From contig JARDVH010000157.1 of assembly GCA_030324005.1 (NCBI GenBank), positions 13,993,685 to 14,052,367 on the forward strand: DNA of 58,683 bases, in the 5' to 3' direction. Shown here piece by piece: positions 39,050 to 51,115 of this stretch (the first letter of the stretch is position 1; every line of letters starts with the position of its first letter). The position numbers were made by a program, and so were the translations under genes. Below the pieces are notes generated by a model that searched no databases, was not told where the DNA came from, and saw nothing but the letters and a program-made list of their open reading frames with translations. This DNA comes from Negaprion brevirostris (taxonomy: Eukaryota).

Positions 39050-39485
39050 GCTTCTTATAAATACACACGACGACCTAGACCAACTTAGCTTTGATGGGTG
39101 TAGCTGCAACTATACTCAACATCATCTGGATGGAGCACTACATTTGATTGGTGCTGTTTCTATGAAACTAAATACTTATCCTTCCACTACTGTGACTGCA
39201 TTGTGAATGATGCATTGCATTATTTGTCGAGGTGAATTTGAAAGCACTTTCCTCCCCTGCAACTCTACCACCAAGAATTACAAGAGTGCCAATTTTCTTG
39301 GAGCACCATTACCCACAAATCCCTTCATGTCACTCAACTACACTTTTTTGGACCTAAATAATAATTTTTTCAGAATCACTGGGGTTTCTTGTAGAAGAAG
39401 GAACCCACTACCATCTTCTGAGGGCAACAAGGAATTGACAATAAATGTGGTCATTCCGCAATACCCCCGTCTGAACAACAAGAAC
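39050..39485 (+). mobile_element. Old LINE 3' end related to the 34982/50341 family
   Basis: AAGAAGGAACCCACTACCATCTTCTGAGGGCAACAAGGAATTGACAATAAATG resembles AAGAAGGTGGCTCGCCACCACCTTCTCAAGGACAGTCAGGGATAAGCAACAAATG at 51019-51073. Confidence 0.55.
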
Positions 39486-40380
39486 TTCTTGGTTCACCAA
39501 ATGAATACTAACAAAATAACAGTGAGAAATACTGGGACCCAAAGCATGGTGAGATTATATAGTGTGGAAAGTATATGTTTTATTCAAAATTTGAGGTGCA
39601 GCCTTTTCTACCAAGTAAAACTTCAGAGTTATTCATATATATTTNNNNNNNNNNNNNNNNNNNNNNNNNNNNNNNNNNNNNNNNNNNNNNNNNNNNNNNN
39701 NNNNNNNNNNNNNNNNNNNNNNNNNNNNNNNNNNNNNNNNNNNNNNNNNNNNNNNNNNNNNNNNNNNACTGATATTTCTATTAAATTGCCATTGAAATAT
39801 TATTGGGAGGGGAGGTTCTTCAAGTCCACCAGTTCCCAGCGAGTATTGCAATGGTCTGGAAAATGGGTTCTGCACCTATTGGCAAACCTATTGCAATCCT
39901 CCCAGGCCGCAATGCCAGCCCAGTGGGCGGAAACCTGCTGCATATTCAAATACACAACTATAATGAGGGGGCCTGAAGCCCAATTCAAATGGCCCTTGCT
40001 AATCACCCGCCTCCCCAACAGGATCTGTACCAGATGGGCTTTTTGTACAGGTGCCCACAAGTGAAGAACTGCCATGTTGAACTCCTAGGGTCGAGGAAGT
40101 ACCACAAATCTCTCAGCAATGAGAGGCGTGTCCCCCCCCACACCATGCTGACATGAGGTGAATCTAACCCGACCCACTTGACCCCCACTCAACCCCCTTC
40201 AGGCCATGTGCCGTGGTCGAGCCAACTGTGCACTGGCATTGACAACCTGGCGTGGCGTCTTGCTCCCCATGGGAGCTTGAGGAGGTAGGTCCAGTGACCA
40301 TTTTGCCCCTCTGCTGATGCCAGGTTGCAGAGGAAGGGTCTCTCATGGGGCTGGGTGTTGGGTGTGTTTGGGCTAGGGGC

Positions 40381-41492
40381 AAGGAATTGGCCCTGCCACA
40401 CCCCGTCAGGATGGGATGTTGTGGCTGGACTGCCCCTTCTAGCCCTGGCAGGCCTGAAGATCACCCCTGGCCTGGTGATTTCTGGCGGCCCTGTGATCAA
40501 AATCTGCATTCCTGCCTGTCAGCTGTGCCAGGTCACCGTAACCTCCATGTAATCTGCTCCTCCCCTCTCCCATTCCATTCTGCAGTAGAGAGCTTCCTTT
40601 TTCTCTGTCAGAAGCTGCAGGTGGGAGACTTCTGAAGTCCTCTGACCGGGGTTGTGGGGGGGGTGGGTGTTCACTTGGGAGAGGGGTTCCAGTTTGCATA
40701 GTTGTGCACTCAACTCCAATGTATGCACACAGCTTTGATTTGAAGTTGCTGCAGCTTCCCAGCAAGCTGAAATAATTGAGGCCCTCCGCATTGCACTTGA
40801 AGCCTTTGATCTGTAACAAATTCAATGTGCAGTGCCTCAAAAGAATCAGCTGCCAGCTCAATCCTCCAGACACCTGTGTTTAATTTTTATTTCCCTTCAC
40901 GGTTGAATGCACCTCAAGAACCCCATTAATCCTGACCGCAATGTTGACAAGAGTCTAAGCCTGATTAATAGTTTGTGGTTTCACTCCCTTTTTGAAGTGG
41001 TCTGAAAAAGGATGGCCGAATGAGGGAGAACGGGGTTGAGTGGGAATCTGATGGGGAAAGGGGGCCTGAGGGGTGGTCTGACAGGGAAAGGTGGCCTGAG
41101 TGGGGGGGCCTGAGTGGGGCATTCAGCAACTTCAAATCAAAGCTGTATGCATATATTGGGGCTGAGTGCACAGCTATGCAAACTGGAACCCCTCTCCCAG
41201 ATGAAGCTGACATCCCCCCAACCTCCCGGTCAGAGGACTTCAAAAGTCTCCCACCTGCAGCTTCTGACAGAGAAAAAGGAAGCTCTCTACTGCAGAATGG
41301 AATAGGAGAGGGGAGGAGCGGATTACATGGAGGTTAGGGCGACCTGGCACAGCTGACAGTTAGGAATACAGATATTGATCACAGGGATCCCGGAAATCAC
41401 CATGCCAGGAGTGATCTTCAGGCCTGCCAGGGCTAGAAGGGGCAGTCCAGCCGCAACACTCATCCCGATGGAGTGTGGCAGGGCCAATCCCT
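40381..41492. repeat. Large inverted repeat, arms 40381-40751 and 41124-41492 (right arm runs into an N gap), within a GC-rich DNA transposon relic
   Basis: The ORF track gives the same peptides on opposite strands (RSEDF.SLPPAASDREKGSSLLQNG; LQLLTEKKEALYCRME; GVIFRPARARRGSPA). Confidence 0.95.
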
Positions 41493-43524
41493 NNNNNNNN
41501 NNNNNNNNNNNNNNNNNNNNNNNNNNNNNNNNNNNNNNNNNNNNNNNNNNNNNNNNNNNNNNNNNNNNNNNNNNNNNNNNNNNNNNNNNNNNNNNNNNNN
41601 NNNNNNNNNNNNNNNNNNNNNNNNNNNNNNNNNNNNNNNNNNNNNNNNNNNNNNNNNNNNNNNNNNNNNNNNNNNNNNNNNNNNNNNNNNNNNNNNNNNN
41701 NNNNNNNNNNNNNNNNNNNNNNNNNNNNNNNNNNNNNNNNNNNNNNNNNNNNNNNNNNNNNNNNNNNNNNNNNNNNNNNNNNNNNNNNNNNNNNNNNNNN
41801 NNNNNNNNNNNNNNNNNNNNNNNNNNNNNNNNNNNNNNNNNNNNNNNNNNNNNNNNNNNNNNNNNNNNNNNNNNNNNNNNNNNNNNNNNNNNNNNNNNNN
41901 NNNNNNNNNNNNNNNNNNNNNNNNNNNNNNNNNNNNNNNNNNNNNNNNNNTCCTAGAAGCAGCTAAAATTCTACAAACTGGATATCACATGTGCCCCATA
42001 GGCATGTTGTATGATCCATTGTTGATTAGGTTCACAGTCCTTGACTTTGTAAATGGTTTTATCTGCAACAATGAGCATATTACTGAGGTGCATTTATTTC
42101 TCAAAGGGTTTGTTAGGTTGCAAGTCTTTTACATACAGAAATGTAAAATGATGTGTCCACTGCAGATCTTTTAGATTTCTGATATCCATTTAAGTTGTTG
42201 CACTTCAAAATGCTACACAAAGGAAGACCAGTCATTTCCTGTTGATTTTTCTGACCTTGATAACTGGCTTCTCCCAAATGGTATTTTGCTAGGGATTTAC
42301 AGCAGTCTGCAGAAACTGCCCCCAATAATCTGCCTCCATCATGATTTTAGGATTTGCCTATTTCATCACAGCCACAGGGGGTGCCTGGTCAGTAGTCTTG
42401 AAAAGACAAACTGAACTCCAGCGTAGCAGTTCAATATCACAACTGTGTAACAGAGTCCAGACTACCATGAGCAAGGAGATCAGCTAATACATTTATCTAT
42501 ACTATAATTAATGTGTACACTTTTCTCTCATTTTAATTACCTCCACTTATTGTATTTTCATCACACTAATTTTGTACTGCTATTAAACTTGCATATACTT
42601 AGCTCGCAATTAATCTTTCCTGTAGCACTTCCCAAGACAAATAGTGCTGTTTTCCGCAGTACTTCCCATTTGATACCAAAGGACTTTCACCTGTGTTCTC
42701 TCCAGTGCTGCCTCAAACTCTGCATAAACTCCCAAGAGACAATTCCATAGACCCCTGGAATTAAATGAATTTACACCTAACCCTTCATTCAGAGACAAGG
42801 ATTTGGCATGGCATGCCATCACAGCATTTTAACTTTGCTTCTCCCACCCACCTCACCCCCACAAAAGTCCTAAAGTTCTTACCAGTGGATCCAGTTCCCA
42901 CTATTTCCAGATCCAACGATTTCACTTCCCATGCCCATCCCACTATCAGTGTGCACAAACTCCCAGGATCTTCTCTTTCCACCACCACCCCACCACCGCC
43001 ACCATTGTTAAACCCCAGCAATTTGCCTCCCAATGTATCTACACTTCCAGTATGCCTCTGAGATACTCCAAGATTTGTAACCCTGTTCTGTTACTCTAAA
43101 ACTCCAATGATTCCCTTCCTCAAAGCTCCCACTTAACAATATTGCTGTGCCACCATCCGGCCTGTTCCCACACAGTTGATGATTCTCCCAAAGCCACATT
43201 ACACATTACATTTTGATGCGTACATCCTGCATGTTGCCTAAAACAAGTTCCGCACCCTCGAGCTTGCAACTTCCTCAAAACTATCTGAATTGAAGCTTAA
43301 GTTATTGCTAAAATATCCATAACACTTTGAATAATTAGAAATGTATTTTCATTATTTACCAAAAATCTTTGGTTCTGATGATGTATATTACCTAGCATGA
43401 AACAGGATATCAATCCATGTTGAATGCAGTAGTGAGATAGCCACTAAAAATATAAATCTAAATTTAATGGCGCCAGTCTAGATTTTCTGGTTGGTGTTAA
43501 AAATAACACCTGTTAGATCATCTA

Positions 43525-43680
43525 GGCTTCAGTGTGTGCCATGATGTGGCACTAAGCCATAGCGACCAACAGGATTCCAGAAATGAGAATTGATCTTTAT
43601 TGAGTTAGCTAATCTAACCACACTGGCAGCAGATAAAACTTGTCTCGTCTTGAGTATTGTCCCTACTGGAAATGAGCATT
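43525..43680 (+). mobile_element. LF-SINE-like 5' relic
   Basis: GTGGCACTAAGCCATA..GACCA...TGAGTTAGCTAATCT...CTACTGGAAA. Confidence 0.5.
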
Positions 43681-43681
43681 T

Positions 43682-43943
43682 AAAGTTTGTTTATTTATTA
43701 GTCACAAATAGGCCTACGTTAACATTGCAGTGAAGTTACTGTGAAAAATATGCAGTCACCACATTCTGGCGCCTGTTCAGGTACACTGAGGGAGAATTTA
43801 GTGTGGCGAATGCACGTTTTTCAGACTGTGGGAGGAAACCCACATAGACACAGGGAGAACATGCAGACTGCACACGTGACCCAAGCTGGGAATCAATCCC
43901 AGGTCCAAGGCACTGTGAGGCAGCAGTGCTAATTACCGTTCAC
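43682..43943 (-). mobile_element. V-SINE with alternative tail
   Basis: Reverse head CACTGTGAGGCAGCAGTGCTAA and tail TTATTAGTCACAAATAGGCCTACGTTAACATTGCAGTGAAGTTACTGTGAAAA. Confidence 0.88.
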
Positions 43944-44029
43944 GGTGGTGTGAATAAAAACATTGGACACTAATTGAGGCATCTTCAATTTATTACATTG
44001 TTTATTCTTCAGTTTTGTGTAAAGTTCTT

Positions 44030-44145
44030 GGTGCATTCAGCCTTGAGCCTATTTCACCAATTAATTAATTAGTTCATGGTTGATCTGTATCTTAACTGTA
44101 TTTACCTATCTCAGCTCTTTAACCTTTAATACCCTTGAATCTAAA
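44030..44145 (-). mobile_element. CR1 3'UTR relic
   Basis: ATTCAGCCTTGAGCCT...TCATGGTTGATCTG resembles the reverse of the CR1 tail at 25935-25985. Confidence 0.6.
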
Positions 44146-45149
44146 GGATTAATATGTTGACGTACTTACTTGCACACTGTTTCCTTCTATCCATTTTAGT
44201 TCCATTCTATGGTTCAGAGTATTTTCTGCATCTTTGGAGAGTTGCACTCTGTGTTACATCTTGAGTATTCAGAATTGGTTTTCCATTGAACTGAATTGTG
44301 AAAAATCTGCAAAGGTTTTTGTATCCTAGCAGCACTTTAAAAACATTTTTTTTCACAATTTTGAATATTCTAAGTGTGGATTTTAAAAATGATACTGATG
44401 CTTTTAAACTTTACTAGTGACAAGCAGAGATGGAGCTTTTTAGTCTTGCACACCAGTCAAGCATTGCAGCAGAATGTCACCCTGCATAAACGTGACCAGC
44501 TATATCACACAATTGAAGTTTTATAAACAAATATTTGAATTAATATTGAAATGTTTAACTGGATACTTAGGTATATGTGGATGTGCTACTCCAAGTATTC
44601 TCAGTGCTCTGTTACTAGAAATAAATGAGCCCTGACTCAGTCAGATAATCTGTGTTTGCATTGCCAGTTAATAAACTAATTATTATATTTTTAAAACCAT
44701 GTTAATAGATGCTTCTAGAGTAGGATCTGAAGCAGTGCATCAAATAGATGCACAGTACTTTGCCCCTAAGGACCACAACTTGATGATGAGGCAGTAATTT
44801 TGGTGGGAAGCAAAAGACCACATAATGAGTACACATAGAAAATCTATAATCCAAGTTCTAGCATTGGATGGTATCATTTCCTAAAAATGATTGCAGTCAG
44901 TTTGCTCTCCAGTGATTTCAATTATTACTTTAAAATGAAACATCTGCAGTATTAGGTGATAGAAAATGATAAACTTCAAATAATAATTGACTGCTGATTT
45001 AATTTCAGGCCAATACATGTTAATAACAAACACTCTATGCACTGTTATCAGTTCTTCTCCAATTCTCTCCCTCCTTTNNNNNNNNNNGGAATGCTCTCTG
45101 GAGGTCCAGTTTTGTGTTTCCTGTTACCCTCCAGTCTCCCATTGAGTTG

Positions 45150-45415
45150 GCAACCATGCACATGTGAATCTTGTCAGTGGGTGTTGGCAAGTAATCAAGA
45201 AATAGAGAATATCACAGCTGAATCCAACCCTATTGTCGTCTGATGTCAACAATTTAACTTACCATTCAAAAGCAGGGACCTAGCCTATTTTCCCCTTCCT
45301 AACGCAAAGCCACTGAAGCAAATTATAGCTGTTTCAGCCAAGGTCACAGAATCAGTACATACCAAGGATCAAGTTGCGAATTTTCCTCATCCCCGTGGAT
45401 CAGAGACACTGACAC
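45150..45415 (-). mobile_element. LF-SINE-like relic
   Basis: CATGTGA..CAGTGGGTGTTGGCAAG...ATCACAGCTGAATCC...TTTTCCCCTTCCTAAC...CACTGAAGCAAATTATAG. Confidence 0.6.
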
Positions 45416-46404
45416 AAATTTGAAAATCAAGGAAACTAAGTGAAGGGTCAAAGTCCACTGTATATCTCCCACCAGATTGAATAGGAGTGAAGATGAGGCA
45501 AATCAGTATGGAGGATCTAGATGATGCAAAGCATTGGTTTTAAAAGCCCATAGTTTGTAGACAAGAGGCAGAGGGCTCTATAATTTGTGTACTGCGAAAT
45601 ATTGAGTCAGAGTAGGGACAATGCAATGAGTATGTCAATACAGTAAAGATGTTGCATCTTTTATTATACACACAATCATATTGTAAAATAATTTTTGTAA
45701 CTATTGTATTTACATTGTAAGCATTCAATTTGATTAGCATTAAAGCTTTTGGAATAATTAGAAAGGAGTTACAGAGATGCATACTTATATTGTTAAACCC
45801 TCTTCTGATGTAACGCAGATGAGTATTGGCACCCTCACTAAGATGGAAATAATAGTAAATATCTTTAGGGAAGAGTTCTTCCATGCACTGTATATAACAA
45901 GATCATATCTTTGAGGAATGAACTTCTAATTTCACCAAACCTAGTGCCCAAAGGAAATCTTACTGCTTAGTATATGTCTCAATTTAATATATCTTTAATA
46001 TCGTCCCCACAGATCATGTTACAGGGAATAATTTGGGGGGTGGAGCTACTGTGCATGCAGACTCCATTCCCTAGAGTTTAATTTACAAAATTGTGATCAG
46101 TGACAATGTGACAAGTGCTGGTAACAGCCTGTTAGTCAAAGAGCAGTATTGTGATCTAAAGAGGCGAATTATTATAAGATCACATTACTGCTCCAGGATG
46201 TTATAATGTTAGTTTATTCAATTCTATCCATTGTTCTTGCATATTACGGAACTAATGATAACTTAACCTAAATCCTAAAGCCTTTTAGGTTCCCTACTTT
46301 TGTCAACTAGATGGGGGTAGCACTGTTGCATCTGAGCCTGGAGATTGGGGGTTGGAAGCCATTGCTGCGAGTGGATGAGAATGAAGGAGGGCAGCAAAAT
46401 TGCT

Positions 46405-46478
46405 GGCTGGTTAGGTTAGGTAGCTGGAACATGGTGCTAATAACATCAAGGTTGCAGGTTCAAGCCCTGTACTGGACA
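46405..46478 (+). pseudogene. tRNA-Ile(AAT) pseudogene or tRNA-Ile-derived SINE head
   Basis: 74 nt colinear with vertebrate tRNA-Ile-AAT, roughly three-quarters identical by eye; intact TGGTGCTAATAAC anticodon region; many CpG-type transitions. Confidence 0.85.
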
Positions 46479-46494
46479 CTTGATAATTTATCAT

Positions 46495-46845
46495 GGGCAA
46501 CATGGAGGTACAGTGGTTATCGTAGCTGCCTCACATGGCCTAGTACTGCTGCCTCACAGTGCCAGGTTCCATTCTAGCCTTAGATGACTGTATGTGTGGA
46601 GTTTGCATATTTTCCCTGTGTTTGCATGGGTTTCTTCCGGGTGCTCCAGTTTTCTCCCACAGTCCAAAGATGTGCAGGTTGGGTTGATTGGCCATGCTAA
46701 ATTGTCTGTTGGTGTCCTAAGATGTGTAGGTTAGTGGGATAAACACGAGGGGTTACAGGGATAGGGTTTGAGTTCGGTGCTCTTTCAGACAGTTGGTGCA
46801 GACTCGATAGGGCAAATGGCCTCCTTCTGCACTGTGGGGATTCTG
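46495..46845 (+). mobile_element. HE1 V-SINE, full length, CR1-type tail
   Basis: Head, V-domain and tail GCAGACTCGATAGGGCAAATGGCCTCCTTCTGCACTGTGGGGATTCT. Confidence 0.92.
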
Positions 46846-47950
46846 TTTTTTTTAAGGTTATAAGAAATACTACTGAAATTTCTAATTATTACTTAAGGGT
46901 TCTTTGAAAATTAAGGAAGTTAAGTGTAGTTAAGTAGTTTTAACAGAAACTGGGGGTGTTTTCCTAAGGAGATTTTATTCTGTTGTGTTGAAGGCATTAC
47001 AATTTTTTGGGCAGCTTTGAACTGCAACCAAAGTAGCCACCAAAAAATTGAATATTGTCATGATTTTCCACAGTAAGAATGAGCCCTTAAAAGTGGGTGT
47101 TGTCATGTAGATTTAACATCTGATAGGTAGAACTAGTTGTAAAACAGTAATTTAACTACTAAAGAGAAGGTTAAAAGAAGCCTCTCCAAATTTATGGAGC
47201 TTCTTTTCATACAGACTCATTTCTGTTTAGTTTGGCGCTCCCAGTCAGAGATGAGAGTTGTGGCATATTTGTGTTTTTCAATATCTGACCCAATTATTGC
47301 ACCATTCCTCCATTTTTTTTTTGCTTGTATCTCTTGCTAGTACAGATTCCACATAGTTGCTTTCAATATCAGTAGACCATAATACATAATTCATGGCATT
47401 TTGTTCCACCATAAGGTTTTTGTATACACGACCACAATGAATAAAAGGGCCTGGTTCCAGATGGAAACTTGGCAGTCTTCAATCACAATTCTTCCCTCCC
47501 AATCTGCACTGTACAGCTATTGAATACCTTTTTTTGGAAGGAGAGAAAAGCTGGAAACAGAATACTGCATTAAAGAACTGGCATTGGCTTTGTAGGCATT
47601 CACAGGCTGTATTGAAAACAGTAATATCACCCTGCACTTAAGCATATGAATATGTCTGAATTGACTAAAAGGCATACAGATTATAAATTGCAAATAATTG
47701 AAGTTATTTATGGCTTGTCTGCAGTGTTTTTAAGTTTAAAACAAAATCTCACTAAATAGTTTCTGTCACAAGAACCAATTTTCATTGTGGGTGTGACCTA
47801 CCAAGAAAAATTTTCAGATCCCTTTGAATCTTCCTTTAGTATGGCTAGGTATAATTAGACAATATACTCTGCCCTATGATTATCAAGAGAAATTACATTT
47901 CTGGCCACCTTTATTTTGCATCAACTTTCTATTGATTTGAATCAGAATGC

Positions 47951-48245
47951 CAGCCAGGATTCTCCCAAAAAAGTTCTACGTGTCAAATTTGAGGGAAAAC
48001 TGGAGTAAATCGTGCTTTTCTTTTCAGTGGGAGTTCACACTAGAACCCCACACTATGGGATCCCAGTACAGAGTGGCAGCTGGTTCCCTAGGCCCTGCCT
48101 CCTTGGCACTGCCCCTTGCCTGATGGGCAGTGCCAAGGTGGCCTATGGGCTTGGACACTTGTCCCCTTGGGCAGTGCAAGGGGACAGGCTGGCACTGCCA
48201 GGGGGCAACCTCCTGCTGCCTGACCCCCTGGGGGGCCCCGAGTGG
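47951..48245. mobile_element. GC-rich non-autonomous DNA transposon end, truncated by an N gap
   Basis: GCCAGGATTCTCCC terminus resembling GGGTGGAATTCTCCC at 5175; recurrent GGCACTGCC / GGCAGTGCC motifs. Confidence 0.4.
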
Positions 48246-48722
48246 NNNNNNNNNNNNNNNNNNNNNNNNNNNNNNNNNNNNNNNNNNNNNNNNNNNNNNN
48301 NNNNNNNNNNNNNNNNNNNNNNNNNNNNNNNNNNNNNNNNNNNNNNNNNNNNNNNNNNNNNNNNNNNNNNNNNNNNNNNNNNNNNNNNNNNNNNNNNNNN
48401 NNNNNNNNNNNNNNNNNNNNNNNNNNNNNNNNNNNNNNNNNNNNNNNNNNNNNNNNNNNNNNNNNNNNNNNNNNNNNNNNNNNNNNNNNNNNNNNNNNNN
48501 NNNNNNNNNNNNNNNNNNNNNNNNNNNNNNNNNNNNNNNNNNNNNNNNNNNNNNNNNNNNNNNNNNNNNNNNNNNNNNNNNNNNNNNNNNNNNNNNNNNN
48601 NNNNNNNNNNNNNNNNNNNNNNNNNNNNNNNNNNNNNNNNNNNNNNNNNNNNNNNNNNNNNNNNNNNNNNNNNNNNNNNNNNNNNNNNNNNNNNNNNNNN
48701 NNNNNNNNNNNNNNNNNNNNNN

Positions 48723-48935
48723 GTTCTCTTCGTGTCTGCGTGGGTTTCTTCCCACAATCCAAAGATGTGCAGGTTAGGTTGATTGGCCATGCTAAATTGA
48801 CTGTAGATGCATAGTTTAGAGGATTAGTGGGTAAAATATGTACTGATATAGGGGTAGGGCCTAGGTAGGATTGTGGTTGGTGCAGACTCGATGGGCCAGA
48901 TCGCCTCTCTCTGCATTGTAGGGTTTCTATGATTT
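48723..48935 (+). mobile_element. HE1 V-SINE 3' part (head lies in the gap)
   Basis: V-domain, TCCAAAGATGTGCAGGTTAGGTTGATTGGCCATGCTAAATTG, tail GACTCGATGGGCC..TCTATGATT. Confidence 0.9.
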
Positions 48936-49418
48936 CAAGGTAACCACCTACATTAAATACAATTACGAATGTGAGACATAATGGGTCCGAATCTCCTTGG
49001 ACACAACAACTCCATAGAAATGCCAGGAGTACACCCACGTGAGACCAATAAGGTTGACTGACCTGCCATGTGAAGATGCCTTTCCCTATATTGCTTTATA
49101 AATATTGAATGTAGAACTCTTTTTTTTAAGAGGACTACAAACAGACAGATCTCAGCAGCACCATGAATTTTGGTCACCGTGTTTTTGCAACCCAACTCGG
49201 GAATCATTTCTGTTTTACTAGTAAAATTGCAATGTTTTATTGCATGTTGTAATAGATGTTGTATTAGAGCGTCACCAAACTGAGAGAGAGACAAACCTTC
49301 CTCTTATAAAATATTCATTGCAGAGTGCAGGTGGTCTTAAAACCACAGTGTTGTGTTTAGTCTCTCCTATGTTTTAAAATATTGTACTGAAGAATAAAGA
49401 TTGGTCCAGATAACATAG

Positions 49419-49492
49419 TACTAACAATTGTTTTTTTGTTTTTCTTTTCATGTACCATCTAATTTACCTGCACTGTATACTTTCAGGTAAGT
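49419..49492 (+). promoter_or_regulatory. Candidate recursive splice site (3'ss immediately followed by 5'ss)
   Basis: TACTAAC at 49419-49425, ~60-nt AG-free U-rich tract, TTTCAG|GTAAGT with the junction at 49486/49487. Confidence 0.55.
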
Positions 49493-49809
49493 TTCTTTAC
49501 AGTTTTTATTCAAGTAGAAAACATTAACCCAACAATAACTGATGCTTAATTATATATCAACAAATGTCAACAAGCAGAAGGAAAGCCATACCACACACTA
49601 TTACTGTAGTACACCTTTGTAAGCAGCTTCCAAAGATAATTTGAGGCGTACTGTCCTTGCATACGCTGCCTGTGTAATTAAGAGTCCTATTCATTCCTAA
49701 AGTAGCATGAAAACATTTTGGAAATCGAGAATTTTATTTTTGTTAATATGCCAAGATATATTTCCTTTCATGTGAACACTATAGTCCAGTGAAACAGCAA
49801 AACCAAATT

Positions 49810-50167
49810 ATTTTCCAGAAAAAGCAAAGCGGAGACTTAATAGAAGTCTCAACCAAAATAATGAAGTGTGTTGTTAGAGGAAAAAGGGAAGAACAATTTG
49901 CTCTATTTGGGGAGTCAGTGACAGTTGGTTACCAATTTAAAATTAGTGCTTAAACAGTGAGGAAAAAAGTTGAGAAGCGTCTTTACACAGGCAACTGTTG
50001 GAGCATGGAATGCTATGCTGCAGGCAATGATGGAGGCAGAGACCATATCTGTTTCAATGGAAATTTGGATAAATATTTGAAGCAGAAGAGGATACAAAGT
50101 AATAGGCACAGAACAGGGGATTGGCATTAGTTTGTAATGACTTACCAAGAAATCTTCACAAAACCAT
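49810..50167 (+). mobile_element. Old CR1 3' end; its terminal 3'UTR appears to resume at 51121-51157
   Basis: GDLIEV..KIMK...TGGAATGC...TTGGATAAATATTTGAA; ATGGCCTCCTTCTATGCTG after the insertion. Confidence 0.75.
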
Positions 50168-50340
50168 TTGCAGCTCCTTGGGTACTGAAGCAATCTGATG
50201 CAGCAAGACTGGGAACTTTGTGTGGCAGCTCTGAGATGAATTATGTGAACTATACCAATATGCACACTGTTAGAAACCTTCCTTTGACTAACTCAAGTTA
50301 GCCTCCTTAAATTTGATGCATTTACTTCATTTGGTGCATT

Positions 50341-51115
50341 GACTCCTCAGATACTGAAGCAGTCTTGTATCCATAAGCAGCAAGATCTCAACTACGTTCA
50401 GGCTTGGGCTGATAAGTGGCAAGTAGTGTTCACACCACACAAGTGCCAGGCCGTGACCGTTTCCAGCAAGAGAGAATCTAACCATTGACCAAAATTTGAA
50501 CTGGACTAGCCATATAAATATTGTGGCTACAAAAGCAGGTCAGATGCTGGGAATTCTATGGCAAATCACTCTCCTCCTGATTCCTCAAAAAGGCTGTCCA
50601 CCATCTACAAGGCACACGTCAGGAATCTGATGGAATATTCTCCATTTGCCTGGATGAGGTGCAGCTCTAACAATATTTGAGAAACTCAACATCGTTTAGG
50701 ATAAAACAGCCTGCTTGATTGCACTCCATCCACCTTCACAAATATTCACTCCCTGCACCAGTAACTCAATGATAGCAATGATCTACAAAATGCAAGTAGA
50801 AACTTAACAGGGCTCCATTGACAGCACCTTCCAAACCCATGATTTCTTTCACCTAGAAAGACAAGGGAGCTGACGCTTGCAAATACACCTGCAAGCTCCC
50901 TTCAAGCGAAACACCATCCTGACTTGGAACTATGTTGTGGTTTCTTCTGGGTCAGAACTTTGGATCTCCTTTCCTAACAACACTTGGTGTACTGACACCA
51001 CGTGGACTGTAGCAGTTTAAGAAGGTGGCTCGCCACCACCTTCTCAAGGACAGTCAGGGATAAGCAACAAATGCTAGCCTAGCCAATAACACCCTTGTTC
51101 TCTGAAAAAAAATTT
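50341..51115 (+). mobile_element. 5'-truncated LINE of the second family with A-rich end
   Basis: QQDLNYVQAWADKWQVVFTPHKCQ...STIYKAHVRNLMEYSPFAWM...AAGAAGGTGGCTCGCCACCACCTTCTCAAGG tail. Confidence 0.88.

Noticed and set aside
39207-40064. 285-aa ORF
   Set aside because: Spans an N gap and consists of an old LINE tail plus repeat sequence; no recognisable domain
42690-43280. C-rich stretch suggesting a decayed retroelement
   Set aside because: No diagnostic motif could be read in any frame
48012-49038. Several ORFs of 190-316 aa (similar cases at 25093-25759 and 41375-42174)
   Set aside because: Length comes from N runs; the flanks are transposon or SINE sequence
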